Source: Acutalibacteraceae bacterium (GTDB taxonomy: Bacteria > Bacillota > Clostridia > Lachnospirales > Lachnospiraceae). Taken from it: a stretch of 59,959 nucleotides of DNA. Both the position numbers and the translations under genes were made by a program. Under the pieces are notes generated by a model, which worked only from the letters and a program-made list of their open reading frames with translations, was not told the DNA's origin and did not search any database. The stretch is from NCBI GenBank assembly GCA_963595005.1, contig CAVBGP010000001.1, forward strand, positions 1 through 59,959, read 5' to 3'. Numbering within the stretch: position 1 is the stretch's first letter; the number at the start of each line of letters is the position of its first letter. This document shows, piece by piece, positions 17,896-27,650 of this stretch.

Positions 17896-18722
17896 TTTGT
17901 GCTGCCGTCCTCATTATTCTTCTTAACAAGCTTCCTAAAGAACCTTACCTCTGCTCTGTTGATTCGACTGACAAGCATAGCATCAAGATTCTGCTCATCA
18001 CTTACCTTGATAAGCTTACCTCTGTATACCCAGCTTACTCCTCCGGTCTCCTCTGATACAACTATAGTTATACTGTCGGTAACCTCAGAGATGCCCATTG
18101 CAGCCCTGTGTCTTGTTCCCAAATCCTTGCTGATGTTTTTATTGTCAGACAAAGGCAGATAACAGGTAGCTGCTACTATCCTGTCGCCTCGTATAATTAC
18201 AGCACCGTCATGCAGCGGAGTATTTTTCTCAAAGGTATTGACAATAAGCCCTGTACTTATAAGTCCGTCTATCTCAATACCGGTCTTGATATAGTCATTA
18301 AGAGTCTCATTTTGCTCTATAACTATAAGTGCGCCGGTTTTAACCTTGGCCATCTGGAATACAGCCTTAGACAATCTTGAAGCAGACTCCTTGGTCATCA
18401 TATTATCGTGATTCTCGGACGGAATAAAGCCTCCAAACAGCATGCTGGTATTGCCAAGCTGTTCGAGAGCCTTGCGAAGCTCGGGCTGGAAAATGACTAT
18501 GAGCGCAATAACTGCAATTGTAGAGCATTTCTCAATAATCCATAATATAGTATTGAGCTTTAATATAAATGCTACAAAAGTAAAAACAAGTATAACAAGT
18601 ATACCCTTAAGCAGCGTGAATGCTCTGGTTTTCATTATCCAGTTGAGCACCCAGTATACTATAAAGGCTATGATAATTATCTCCAGAATATTGCCGACCG
18701 AAAACTTCGGAAGCAATGACAT
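17892..18722 (-). CDS. cdaA: Diadenylate cyclase CdaA
   Basis: DisA_N motifs PLHDGAVIIRGDRIVAATCYLPLS and GTRHRAAMGISEVTDSITIVVSEETG. Three N-terminal TM helices. Start chosen at 18722 by N-terminal length comparison with typical CdaA; the track ORF extends to 18800. Confidence 0.85.
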   Translation of the reverse strand: MSLLPKFSVGNILEIIIIAFIVYWVLNWIMKTRAFTLLKGILVILVFTFVAFILKLNTILWIIEKCSTIAVIALIVIFQPELRKALEQLGNTSMLFGGFIPSENHDNMMTKESASRLSKAVFQMAKVKTGALIVIEQNETLNDYIKTGIEIDGLISTGLIVNTFEKNTPLHDGAVIIRGDRIVAATCYLPLSDNKNISKDLGTRHRAAMGISEVTDSITIVVSEETGGVSWVYRGKLIKVSDEQNLDAMLVSRINRAEVRFFRKLVKKNNEDGSTK

Positions 18723-18882
18723 CCAGCTTTTTACTCTTTCAAAAAATACAGCCACCCCTGCAGACCTCTGTAAAATTATATCCAGGGCCTTACGTTGCAT
18801 CCGTTCTAAGCATCCGGATGCATTACGCCCTCTACCTGAAGCATCTGAGATTATGGAGAAATCTCAGTGCGAACTATCCTTC

Positions 18883-19773
18883 TTAATCTCTTGCCTTAAT
18901 CTTAGGCACTGCCTTGACATAATAGTAATAATCATCATCCTCATATCTTATTCGTTCGGTACGTGAGTAGTCTGCACTGAAGAATACCTGAACATATAGA
19001 AAAGCCAGGACATAGGATATGACAAGTCCTATTATACTGAGGAGCACTGACTCCTCTCCAACAAAAACTCCACCAAGTATCATTAGAACTGCAAGTATGC
19101 CTGTACCGAGAGATACAGCAAGTACTCTGCAGTTATCTATACTTGAATTGCTTACCACGCTTACTATGCCTATGCACAGTATAAAGGCCAGTATGGTAAT
19201 AAGCATATATTTATCAGTCATAAGCTGCTTTGCCGCAGTCGTAATCAATGATGAATCAAGTGACGCAGCTGAAGCCTTAAGCTCTGATATATTTACATTA
19301 AAATAATGGATAAGCTGCCACGCAACTACTCCTATTGCCGCCGGAATTGCCGAATATATGCCAATAGTAAGTCCCAGCACAAGCGGCATTAAAAATGGTA
19401 TCTTGAAGAAAAACATGAGCGGCACCAAGGCTATAATAATGCCGGTTCCCGGCTTAAAGCCGTAATAGAGCACAAATACCATGATACCGAAGGCAGCTGC
19501 CGCAGCAGCCATCACCGGTGATACTGCAAACATATTGCCTACAACATAAGCTCCTGCTACTGCTGATATAAATCCCCACGGAAACAGCATGCAGACCACT
19601 GAAGCCCCAAGTATAACCGCAGGCTTTGCCAGCATAGACTCATAGCCCATTCCCTTTTCAATTGATATGAGCATCACAAATGCCAGCAATAGCTTCAGAA
19701 CCGGTCTTAAAAATGCTCCGTATCTGGCATATACCGCTCTAAATGTATCTCTTATAATAAGCAGACCGTTCAA
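18883..19773 (-). CDS. Polytopic membrane protein of unknown function (296 aa)
   Basis: Multiple hydrophobic helices. TTG start with SD AAGGAG 7 nt upstream. Begins 5 nt after the stop of the 129-aa gene. Confidence 0.5.
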   Translation of the reverse strand: MNGLLIIRDTFRAVYARYGAFLRPVLKLLLAFVMLISIEKGMGYESMLAKPAVILGASVVCMLFPWGFISAVAGAYVVGNMFAVSPVMAAAAAAFGIMVFVLYYGFKPGTGIIIALVPLMFFFKIPFLMPLVLGLTIGIYSAIPAAIGVVAWQLIHYFNVNISELKASAASLDSSLITTAAKQLMTDKYMLITILAFILCIGIVSVVSNSSIDNCRVLAVSLGTGILAVLMILGGVFVGEESVLLSIIGLVISYVLAFLYVQVFFSADYSRTERIRYEDDDYYYYVKAVPKIKARD

Positions 19774-19778
19774 ACCTG

Positions 19779-20168
19779 TTACTCCTTGTAATTAAAGCGC
19801 TTAGCAAGACGCTTGAGCATGGAATTATAATATAGTATGCCCTTTTGTGCCTTCTTATAGCGCCTATTGTATATCAAGGCTGAAAGTACAAGATACAGTA
19901 CAAGGCCTATGAGATATATGAAGATATAATCCGTCAATGTCTTCATTATACCCTCTGTGTTGACATTATAAAATATAACGTCTGAATCGAGCAGCACTAT
20001 CATGCCGAATATCAGTCCAACTCCTATGGTATAACGAAGAGCAGACAGCATGAGATGCCAGATTATATAATCATAGCCAAAATATTTATCTATCTTGAAT
20101 ATATCCTCATGATGACTCTTGTACATGGCTATCGTCGTCATGAGGCGCACCTTATTCCTGTTGACCAT
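19779..20168 (-). CDS. Small membrane protein of unknown function (129 aa)
   Basis: Two or three hydrophobic helices. No SD; starts 12 nt after the guaB terminator tail. Confidence 0.45.
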   Translation of the reverse strand: MVNRNKVRLMTTIAMYKSHHEDIFKIDKYFGYDYIIWHLMLSALRYTIGVGLIFGMIVLLDSDVIFYNVNTEGIMKTLTDYIFIYLIGLVLYLVLSALIYNRRYKKAQKGILYYNSMLKRLAKRFNYKE

Positions 20169-20180
20169 TACTTATATTTC

Positions 20181-20233
20181 AATAATAAAGCCTAAGCTTG
20201 CAGCTGCCGGAACATAAACCGACAGCTGCAAGC
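20181..20233 (-). terminator. Rho-independent terminator of guaB
   Basis: 11-bp perfect stem GCTTGCAGCTG / CAGCTGCAAGC (20196-20206 / 20223-20233), followed on the minus strand by TTAGGCTTTATTATT. Confidence 0.75.
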
Positions 20234-20247
20234 GGATTTAATCTTAA

Positions 20248-21765
20248 TTAGTTGTTGCTTACGCTCATGCCTGGAGTTGCATGAAGTGTAACATCGTGAT
20301 ATCCGCCCTCTACTATGCTGGTAGCAGATACAACGGTAAGCTTGGCATCTCTCTGGAGATCCGGAATAGTGATAACTCCGCAGTTGCACATAGTTGACTT
20401 AACCTTGTAAAGTGACTTCTCTACATTGTCATGGAGTGAGCCTGCATAAGTAACGTAGGAATCAACACCCTCCTCGAATGCAAGAGTGTTCTTGCCGCCG
20501 AGGTCATATCTCTGCCAGTTACGTGCTCTGTTAGAGCCCTCGCCCCAGTACTCCTTAACATACTGTCCGTTAACCATGAGCTTATTGGTCGGTGACTCGT
20601 CAAATCTTGCGAAATATCTGCCGAGCATCAGGAAGTCTGCACCCATAGCAAGTGCAAGTGTCATGTGATAATCATGAACTATACCGCCGTCTGAGCAAAT
20701 CGGAACATAGATGCCGGTCTCCTCATAGTACTTATCTCTTGCAGCTGCAACATCGATAAGCGCTGTAGCCTGTCCGCGTCCGATACCCTTGGTCTCTCTG
20801 GTTATACAGATAGAGCCTCCTCCGATACCTACCTTAACAAAGTCTGCACCTGCCTCAGCAAGGAAACGGAAGCCGTCAGCATCAACAACATTACCTGCCC
20901 CGATCTTAACCTTATCTCCGTACTCAGCTCTGACATAATCAAGTACCTTCTTCTGCCATATGCTGTAGCCCTCTGAAGAGTCAATACACAATACATCAGC
21001 ACCTGCATCAACCAGAGCCGGGATACGATCCATATAGTCTCTTGAGTTGATACCTGCTCCTACCATATAGCGTTTCTCAGAGTCCATCATGCTTAACGGA
21101 TACTCCTTATGCTCTGCATAGTCCTTGCGGAATACAAAGTACATAAGATGGTCATTGTCATCAACAACCGGAAGTGAATTAAGCTTATAATCCCAGATTA
21201 TATCATTTGCTTCCTTAAGTGTGGTTGTGGTATTGCCTGTTACAAGCTTAGCTCTCGGAGTCATAAAATCAGCAACCTTGGTATCCATATCCATACGTGA
21301 TACACGATAGTCTCTGCTTGAAACGATGCCGAGAAGCTTGCCGTTAGGCTCTGCATTTTCAGTAATAGCTACTGTAGAGAAGCCGGTTTTTTCCTTAAGC
21401 TCCAATACATCTCTGAGTGTGTTGTCCGGAGTAAGATTAGCCTTACTTACAACGAAGCCTGCCTTTCTCTTCTTAACCTTCCTTACCATCTCGGCCTCAT
21501 CAGCTATACTCTGAGAACCATAGATAAAGGAAATGCCGCCCTCTCTTGCAAGTGCAACTGCCAGATTGTTATCTGAAACAGACTGCATAATAGCAGATAC
21601 CATAGGAATGTTGAGCTCTATCGGACACTCCTCCTGACCCTTCCTGTACTTAACAAGAGGTGTCTTGAGTGATACCCTGTCCGGTATGCACTCCTCGGAT
21701 GTATATCCCGGAACTAACAAATACTCACTGAAGGTTCTTGAAGGTTCTTCGTAATAAAAAGCCAT
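20248..21765 (-). CDS. guaB: IMP dehydrogenase
   Basis: [22 protein letters not shown]..., catalytic loop [12 protein letters not shown], and a CBS-pair insert. Start set to 21765 (SD AAAGGAG); the 47-codon upstream extension translates a repeat element. Confidence 0.88.
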   Translation of the reverse strand: MAFYYEEPSRTFSEYLLVPGYTSEECIPDRVSLKTPLVKYRKGQEECPIELNIPMVSAIMQSVSDNNLAVALAREGGISFIYGSQSIADEAEMVRKVKKRKAGFVVSKANLTPDNTLRDVLELKEKTGFSTVAITENAEPNGKLLGIVSSRDYRVSRMDMDTKVADFMTPRAKLVTGNTTTTLKEANDIIWDYKLNSLPVVDDNDHLMYFVFRKDYAEHKEYPLSMMDSEKRYMVGAGINSRDYMDRIPALVDAGADVLCIDSSEGYSIWQKKVLDYVRAEYGDKVKIGAGNVVDADGFRFLAEAGADFVKVGIGGGSICITRETKGIGRGQATALIDVAAARDKYYEETGIYVPICSDGGIVHDYHMTLALAMGADFLMLGRYFARFDESPTNKLMVNGQYVKEYWGEGSNRARNWQRYDLGGKNTLAFEEGVDSYVTYAGSLHDNVEKSLYKVKSTMCNCGVITIPDLQRDAKLTVVSATSIVEGGYHDVTLHATPGMSVSNN

Positions 21766-21819
21766 TGTTTCTCCTTTTTCATCATAAACACCAGCCAGTT
21801 TATCGGCGGTACCACATCC

Positions 21820-21912
21820 TATAAAAGTGACGGATTGCTGCGCGCTTAAAGCGCTCCCGCAATCCTTACATGCAAGCATGCAGTCTGCTTTTGCATCCGT
21901 CAACACTTTTAT
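21820..21912. repeat. Mosaic palindromic repeat copy (two inverted hp1 half-sites with ~28-nt insertion)
   Basis: TATAAAAGTGACGGATTGC-TGCGCGCTTAAAGCGCTCCC-GCAATCC ... GCATCCGTCAACACTTTTATGG. Confidence 0.75.
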
Positions 21913-21939
21913 GGTATTCTATCACAAAACTAAATCAAA

Positions 21940-22197
21940 TTATATATTCTTTTCGTAAGCCTGCTTTACTGCCAGTGCCAGCTGATCTGCGCAGGAGGTG
22001 TTTTTGTAGCCGCAGGTGTTTCCTGCAAGCTTGGACTCAATATAGTCCACACTCATGCCGTCTACAAGCTTTGATATAGCCTTGAGATTGCCGTTGCAGC
22101 CTCCTGTAAATGCAACATTGCTGACCTTATCACCATCCAAGTCAAAATCTATAAGCATTGAACAGACGCCCTTGGTCTTATATTGATAATGTGCCAC
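21940..22197 (-). CDS. TSCPD-domain protein (TIGR03905-like), 85 aa
   Basis: HYQYKTKGVCS...FTGGCNGNLKAISKLV...CGYKNTSCADQLA matches the TSCPD small-protein pattern. GTG start at 22197 with SD AAAGGAG 8 nt upstream. Confidence 0.7.
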   Translation of the reverse strand: MAHYQYKTKGVCSMLIDFDLDGDKVSNVAFTGGCNGNLKAISKLVDGMSVDYIESKLAGNTCGYKNTSCADQLALAVKQAYEKNI

Positions 22198-22248
22198 AGC
22201 ACTAACTCCTTTCCGGATATACCACAAAATCACTTCATAATAACAACC

Positions 22249-22338
22249 ATGCCTGTGAATTCGCAGGCGCCGCATAGTATAAAAGTGACGGATTGCTGCG
22301 CGCTAACGTGCTCTCGCAATCCGTCAACACTTTTAGAA
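22249..22338. repeat. Mosaic palindromic repeat, most complete copy (hp2 + symmetric double hp1)
   Basis: ATGCCTGTGAATTCGCAGGCGCCGCATAG-TATAAAAGTGACGGATTGC-TGCGCGCTAACGTGCTCTC-GCAATCCGTCAACACTTTTAGAA. Confidence 0.8.
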
Positions 22339-22367
22339 TAACTATTATATAAGCTATCAACTTACAA

Positions 22368-25300
22368 TCAAGCCTTAAAATACTTAACTGCAGCACGGAA
22401 CATGCCGATATCATAGCTGCCCGGTACATTCTTATAGAGACCGTCTCCTATACGCTCTGAGTGACCCATCTTACCAAAGACTCTGCCATCCGGTGAGCAT
22501 ATACCCTCAATCGCATACATTGAATTGTTCGGATTGAAATGTATATCTGAGGTCGGAGCTCCGTCAAGATCTACATACTGTGTTGCTATCTGACCGTTAG
22601 CTATAAGCTTCTGTATAAGCTCCTCGCTTGCGATAAAACGACCCTCTCCGTGTGAGATTGCTACATTGTAGATATCTCCCACCTTAGTCTCACTAAGCCA
22701 TGGTGACTTATCGGAAGCAATACGTGTACGTACTATACGTGACTGATGGCGTCCTATTGTATTGAAGGTAAGTGTAGGACAGCTCTCATCTGTATCTATA
22801 ATTTTACCGTAAGGCACAAGACCTAACTTAATCAGAGCCTGGAAGCCGTTACATATACCACACATAAGGCCTCCGCGTACATCAAGCATATCTGTTACGG
22901 CATCCTTAATCAGACCATTTCTGAAGAATGAGGTTATAAACTTACCGCTTCCGTCAGGCTCATCACCGCCGGAGAAGCCTCCCGGTATAAATATCATCTG
23001 AGCCTGTCTTATCTTATCTGCAAATGCATTAACACTCTCTGTTACAGCCTCTGCCGTAAGATTCTTGATAACGAATATCTCTGCCTCGGCGCCTGAGTCA
23101 TTTACAAGCTTAGCAGAATCATACTCGCAGTTGTTGCCTGGGAAAACCGGTATCAAAACCTTAGGCTTTGCAACAGCAATATTAGGCTTTACTATACTGT
23201 CTGCATGGAAGCTTAATGCCTCATAATGCTTATCACCCTGATCTATATTACAGGTAAATACTGACTCAAGCTTATCCTCGTAAACCTTGAGCAGCTCATC
23301 AAGACTTATGTTCTCTTCCTTATAGCTTATAACAGGCTCTGCCTTGGTCTCTCCTACAACAGTAATATCATAATCAGCCGAAGCCTCAGGCAAGCTGCCG
23401 TCTGCGAGTTCTAAAAGGAAGGTATTATACTTCTTGCCAAATATATCTCCCTTGCTCAAGGCTTCATCAAAGCTAAAGCCAAGCTTGTTGCCGAAGGCCA
23501 TCTTCATAACAGCCTCAGCTATGCCTCCCATACCCGGAGTATATGCAGATACTGCCTTGCCGCCTCTAAGTAAGCTTGTTACAAGACCAAATACCTTGAT
23601 AAGTGACTCATGCTTTGGAAGTCCGTCCTCGCCGTACTTCGGTGATATGCGTATAAGCTTGTGTCCTGCAGCCTTAAACTCAGGAGAAACTATATCCTTG
23701 GTACATTCTGTTGTTACCGCAAAGGAGCAAAGTGTAGGCGGAACATGTATATCCTCAAAGCTTCCTGACATGGAATCCTTGCCGCCTATGGCAGCGCAGC
23801 CATACTCTGTCTGTGCTCTGAAGGCTCCAAGCAATGCTGCAAATGGCTTGCCCCATTTCTCCGGATCCTTTCCAAGCTTCTCAAAATACTCCTGGAAGGT
23901 CAGATATATATCCTTAAACTCCGCACCTGTTGCAATAAGCTTGCAGATTGAATCTGTCACAGCATAGTAGGCTCCGTGATAAGGACTTTGCTCTGTAATA
24001 AACGGATCGTAGCCCCATGACATAAGTGAACAGCTGTCTGTATGCTTCTTCTCAACAGATATCTTGTTGACCATGGCCTGTATAGGGGTAAGCTGATATC
24101 TTCCTCCGAAAGGCATAAGCACGGTGCCTGCTCCTATAGTTGAATCAAAGCGCTCTGACAAGCCTCTCTTGGAGCAGCAGTTAAGGTCAGAGGCGACATT
24201 TTTAAGGCTTTCTGTAAATGCAGCCTTATCCAAACTCTCATCTGCCTTTAGGCAGCTTTCGCTGCAGGAAGCAGCATGAACCTCAATATGCTTAGGTGCT
24301 CCGTTAGTATCAAGGAAGGCACGGCTGATATCAACTATCTTAGTGTCATTCCAGCTCATGGTAAGTCTCGGCTCTGCCTTAACTACAGCTACCTTGCATG
24401 CCTGCAGATTCTCAGATGCAGCTATCTCCATGAAGCGCTCAACATCCTCAGGTGCTACAACTACAGCCATACGCTCCTGAGATTCACTTATTGCAAGCTC
24501 AGTGCCGTCAAGACCCTCATATTTCTTAGGGACAGCATTAAGATCTATATCAAGACCGTCTGCAAGCTCACCTATCGCAACAGACACTCCGCCTGCGCCA
24601 AAGTCATTACAGCGCTTAATGAGACGGGCCGCCTCCTCATTACGGAAAAGTCTCTGAAGTTTTCTTTCCTCGGGTGCATTTCCCTTTTGAACCTCTGCTC
24701 CGCAGTTCTCAACCGAATGCGCATTGTGAGCCTTAGATGAGCCTGTTGCTCCTCCTATGCCGTCACGTCCTGTGCTTCCTCCAAGATATATAACCACGTC
24801 TCCCGGAGCAGGTCTCTCGCGGCGAACATTTGCTGCAGGAGCAGCTGCAATAACTGCACCAATCTCCATACGCTTAGCCTCGTAGCCAGGATGATATATC
24901 TCCTCAACTATGCCTGTAGCAAGTCCTATCTGGTTGCCGTATGAAGAATATCCGTTGGCAGCTGTGGTAACAATCTTACGCTGCGGAAGCTTGCCCTGTA
25001 TGGTTTCGCTTACAGGTTTGAGCGGATCAGCTGCACCGGTAACTCTCATGGCAGCATATACATATGAACGTCCTGAGAGCGGATCTCTGATAGCGCCTCC
25101 TATACAGGTTGCTGCTCCACCAAAAGGCTCAATCTCTGTAGGATGGTTATGTGTCTCGTTTTTAAAGAGAAGGAGCCATGGCTCTGTAACACCATCAACA
25201 TCTATATTAATCTTGACAGTGCAGGCATTGATTTCCTCTGATTCATCCAGCTTATCAAGTCTGCCGTCCGCCTTAAGTACCTTGGCTGCGAGTGTACCCA

Positions 25301-26099
25301 TGTCCATAAGAGTAACCGGCTTGGTGCGGTGAAGTGCCTTGCGGTGTTCTAGATAATCCTCATAGCTCTTCTGCAGGAGCTCATCCTCAAAGGTAACCTT
25401 ATCTATAATAGTGTTAAAGGTTGTATGACGGCAGTGATCCGACCAATAGGTATCTATCATCTTGATCTCCGTGATAGTCGGCTCACGATGCTCCTCCTCA
25501 GCAAAATATTTCTGGCAGAAGCTGATGTCATCTATATCCATAGCAAGCCCATTGTCAGCTATAAAATGCTCCAGTTCCTCACGGCTTAACCTGCAGAAGC
25601 CGTCAAGTGTCTTAACTGTAGTAGGGATAGCATAATCAACCTTCAGAGTTTTGGGAAGCTCAAAGGAGGCCTCTCTTGCCTCTACAGGGTTTATAACATA
25701 ATGCTTGATAGCCGCAATATCAGAATCACTAAGCTTACCGTAGAGTGCATAAACCTTAGCTGAACGGATGAGAGGTCTCTCCTTCTGTGAGATAAGCTGT
25801 ATACACTGTGCGGCAGAATCTGCTCTCTGATCAAACTGACCCGGCAGATACTCGACAGCAAAGCTTACCGCATCACAAACATCTATCTCCTTGTATGCAG
25901 TATCAACCTGCGGCTCTGAAAATACAGTCTTAACTGCATAATCAAAAAGCTCCTCGTCAATATTTTCAGCATCATATCTGTTGAAAATGCGTACTGCCTC
26001 AAGTCCCTTAATCTCAAGAATGTTCCTTGCCTCACTAAGGAGTGATGCAGCCTCATGCGCATATTCCTTATGCTTCTCTACAAATATTCGAAATACCAT
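22368..26099 (-). CDS. purL: Phosphoribosylformylglycinamidine synthase (single-chain large FGAM synthase)
   Basis: 1243 aa. Two AIR-synthase-like modules (ETHNHPTEIEPFGGAATCIGG) and a C-terminal glutaminase domain (GICNGFQAL ... HGEGRF). Confidence 0.92.
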   Translation of the reverse strand: MVFRIFVEKHKEYAHEAASLLSEARNILEIKGLEAVRIFNRYDAENIDEELFDYAVKTVFSEPQVDTAYKEIDVCDAVSFAVEYLPGQFDQRADSAAQCIQLISQKERPLIRSAKVYALYGKLSDSDIAAIKHYVINPVEAREASFELPKTLKVDYAIPTTVKTLDGFCRLSREELEHFIADNGLAMDIDDISFCQKYFAEEEHREPTITEIKMIDTYWSDHCRHTTFNTIIDKVTFEDELLQKSYEDYLEHRKALHRTKPVTLMDMGTLAAKVLKADGRLDKLDESEEINACTVKINIDVDGVTEPWLLLFKNETHNHPTEIEPFGGAATCIGGAIRDPLSGRSYVYAAMRVTGAADPLKPVSETIQGKLPQRKIVTTAANGYSSYGNQIGLATGIVEEIYHPGYEAKRMEIGAVIAAAPAANVRRERPAPGDVVIYLGGSTGRDGIGGATGSSKAHNAHSVENCGAEVQKGNAPEERKLQRLFRNEEAARLIKRCNDFGAGGVSVAIGELADGLDIDLNAVPKKYEGLDGTELAISESQERMAVVVAPEDVERFMEIAASENLQACKVAVVKAEPRLTMSWNDTKIVDISRAFLDTNGAPKHIEVHAASCSESCLKADESLDKAAFTESLKNVASDLNCCSKRGLSERFDSTIGAGTVLMPFGGRYQLTPIQAMVNKISVEKKHTDSCSLMSWGYDPFITEQSPYHGAYYAVTDSICKLIATGAEFKDIYLTFQEYFEKLGKDPEKWGKPFAALLGAFRAQTEYGCAAIGGKDSMSGSFEDIHVPPTLCSFAVTTECTKDIVSPEFKAAGHKLIRISPKYGEDGLPKHESLIKVFGLVTSLLRGGKAVSAYTPGMGGIAEAVMKMAFGNKLGFSFDEALSKGDIFGKKYNTFLLELADGSLPEASADYDITVVGETKAEPVISYKEENISLDELLKVYEDKLESVFTCNIDQGDKHYEALSFHADSIVKPNIAVAKPKVLIPVFPGNNCEYDSAKLVNDSGAEAEIFVIKNLTAEAVTESVNAFADKIRQAQMIFIPGGFSGGDEPDGSGKFITSFFRNGLIKDAVTDMLDVRGGLMCGICNGFQALIKLGLVPYGKIIDTDESCPTLTFNTIGRHQSRIVRTRIASDKSPWLSETKVGDIYNVAISHGEGRFIASEELIQKLIANGQIATQYVDLDGAPTSDIHFNPNNSMYAIEGICSPDGRVFGKMGHSERIGDGLYKNVPGSYDIGMFRAAVKYFKA

Positions 26100-26235
26100 G
26101 TATGCTCCTTTTGATGCTCACAAGAGTAGTTAATCTTAAATAGTCTTAGGTTTAGTATAGTGCCTTAGTTATTAAACAGCACCACACTTACAGCAACATC
26201 AGCATAACTATGTAAATGCTGTTGTTAATGTTTAA

Positions 26236-27504
26236 TCAGTTAAGGGCCTTTAAGGCTCTCTGACCTATATCATGTCTGTAATACTTGTTGGCAAAATCTA
26301 CCTTGTCAACTATCTTGTAGGCCTCTGCTATAGCCTCCTTGAGATTATCAGCTACTGCTGTGCAGCCTAAAACTCTGCCTCCGTTTGTTACAAGCCTGCC
26401 GTCAGCATCAAGCTTAGCTCCTGCAACATAGACCTTGTCTGCCACCTCTGCCGGTATAGTAAGCTCTAAGCCCTTATCATAGGACTTAGGATATCCTTCG
26501 GATGCGGCAATAACGCAGCAGGCAGACTTTTCACTAAACTTAACCTCAATATCCGCTAAGCGTTCCTCGCTTACAGCCTGCATGACGCTTAACAAATCTG
26601 TCTCTAAAAGCGGCAGTACCACCTGTGTCTCCGGATCACCAAAGCGGCAGTTATACTCTATAACCTTAGGTCCCTTAGCCGTAAGCATAAGTCCAAAGTA
26701 CAGGCAGCCCTTAAAGGTACGTCCCTCCTTATTCATAGCCTCTATGGTCGGCAGGAATATGGTCTCCATGCATTCCTTAGCTATATCATCAGTATAATAA
26801 GGGTTAGGAGCGATAGTGCCCATGCCTCCTGTGTTAAGTCCGGTGTCATTATCCCCTGCCCTCTTATGATCCATTGAAGAAATCATAGGCACAAGCGTCT
26901 TGCCGTCTGTAAATGAAAGCACCGATACCTCCGGTCCTTCCAGAAATTCCTCAATAACTATATGGTCTCCGCTTGCTCCGAATACCTTGTTCTGCATCAT
27001 ATCAATGATTGCAGCCTTGGCTTCATTTTTAGTCTGTGCTATGACAACGCCCTTGCCGAGAGCAAGTCCGTCAGCCTTGATAACCACAGGAATAGGAGCA
27101 GTCTCAATATAATCAAGAGCAGCATCCATATCGTCAAATACCTCATAGGCTGCTGTCGGAATGTTGTACTTCTTCATAAGCTCCTTAGAGAAAACCTTAG
27201 AGCCCTCAATTATTGCAGCATTGGCTCTGGGGCCGAAGCATGGTATGCCTATAGCCTCTAAGCTGTCAACACAGCCGAGCACTAACGGATCATCAGGTGC
27301 AACAACAGCATAATCTATTGCATGTGCTGCTGCAAATTCGACTATTTTTTCTATATCCTTGGCTCCGATATCAACGCAGGCAGCATCAGCTGCTATGCCG
27401 CCGTTACCCGGCAGTGCATAAAGCTCTGATATAGACTTATTTTCCTTAAGCTTCTTGATGATGGCGTGCTCTCTTCCGCCGCCTCCTACAACAAGTATAT
27501 TCAT
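26236..27504 (-). CDS. purD: Phosphoribosylamine-glycine ligase
   Basis: MNILVVGGGGREHAI..., ATP-grasp core, EYNCRFGDPETQ. Confidence 0.92.
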   Translation of the reverse strand: MNILVVGGGGREHAIIKKLKENKSISELYALPGNGGIAADAACVDIGAKDIEKIVEFAAAHAIDYAVVAPDDPLVLGCVDSLEAIGIPCFGPRANAAIIEGSKVFSKELMKKYNIPTAAYEVFDDMDAALDYIETAPIPVVIKADGLALGKGVVIAQTKNEAKAAIIDMMQNKVFGASGDHIVIEEFLEGPEVSVLSFTDGKTLVPMISSMDHKRAGDNDTGLNTGGMGTIAPNPYYTDDIAKECMETIFLPTIEAMNKEGRTFKGCLYFGLMLTAKGPKVIEYNCRFGDPETQVVLPLLETDLLSVMQAVSEERLADIEVKFSEKSACCVIAASEGYPKSYDKGLELTIPAEVADKVYVAGAKLDADGRLVTNGGRVLGCTAVADNLKEAIAEAYKIVDKVDFANKYYRHDIGQRALKALN

Positions 27505-27607
27505 CTGATTCTCCTTATATGCGGATACTATGTTAACTATGCTGTGCTTTTTATGTTTCAGCCGCTTAACGGCAAGATATCATATAGTTTCATTTAGATA
27601 ATCTAAG

Positions 27608-27636
27608 TATGCGGTGCCTGCTAAAAACGCAGGCAT
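27608..27636 (-). repeat. Mosaic repeat, hp2-only copy
   Basis: TATGCGGTGCCTGC-TAAAAAC-GCAGGCAT. The flank TATGCGGyGCCTGC is shared with the reverse complement of 22249-22277. Confidence 0.6.
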
Positions 27637-27650
27637 AATCATTTAATGCT

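Noticed and set aside
18797-18821. GCATCCG-N11-CGGATGC / GCATCCGGATGC palindromes upstream of cdaA as a further hp1 copy.
   Set aside because: The arm resembles the GGATGC variant seen at 21891-21900, but the AAAAGT/ACTTTT flanks and the loop are missing. It is mentioned as a possible degenerate relative and not counted.
21766-21906. 47-codon N-terminal extension of the guaB ORF in the track (start at 21906).
   Set aside because: The extension is a translation of the palindromic repeat copy at 21820-21912. A strong SD (AAAGGAG) precedes the ATG at 21765, and the family N-terminus [12 protein letters not shown] starts there.
22278-22286. TATAAAAGT of the hp1 repeat acting as a -10 promoter element, giving transcripts with a 5' hairpin.
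   Set aside because: There is no acceptable -35 at 16-18 nt in any copy. In copies 21820 and 22278 the TATAAA half-site points antisense to all neighbouring genes, so a general promoter role is unsupported.
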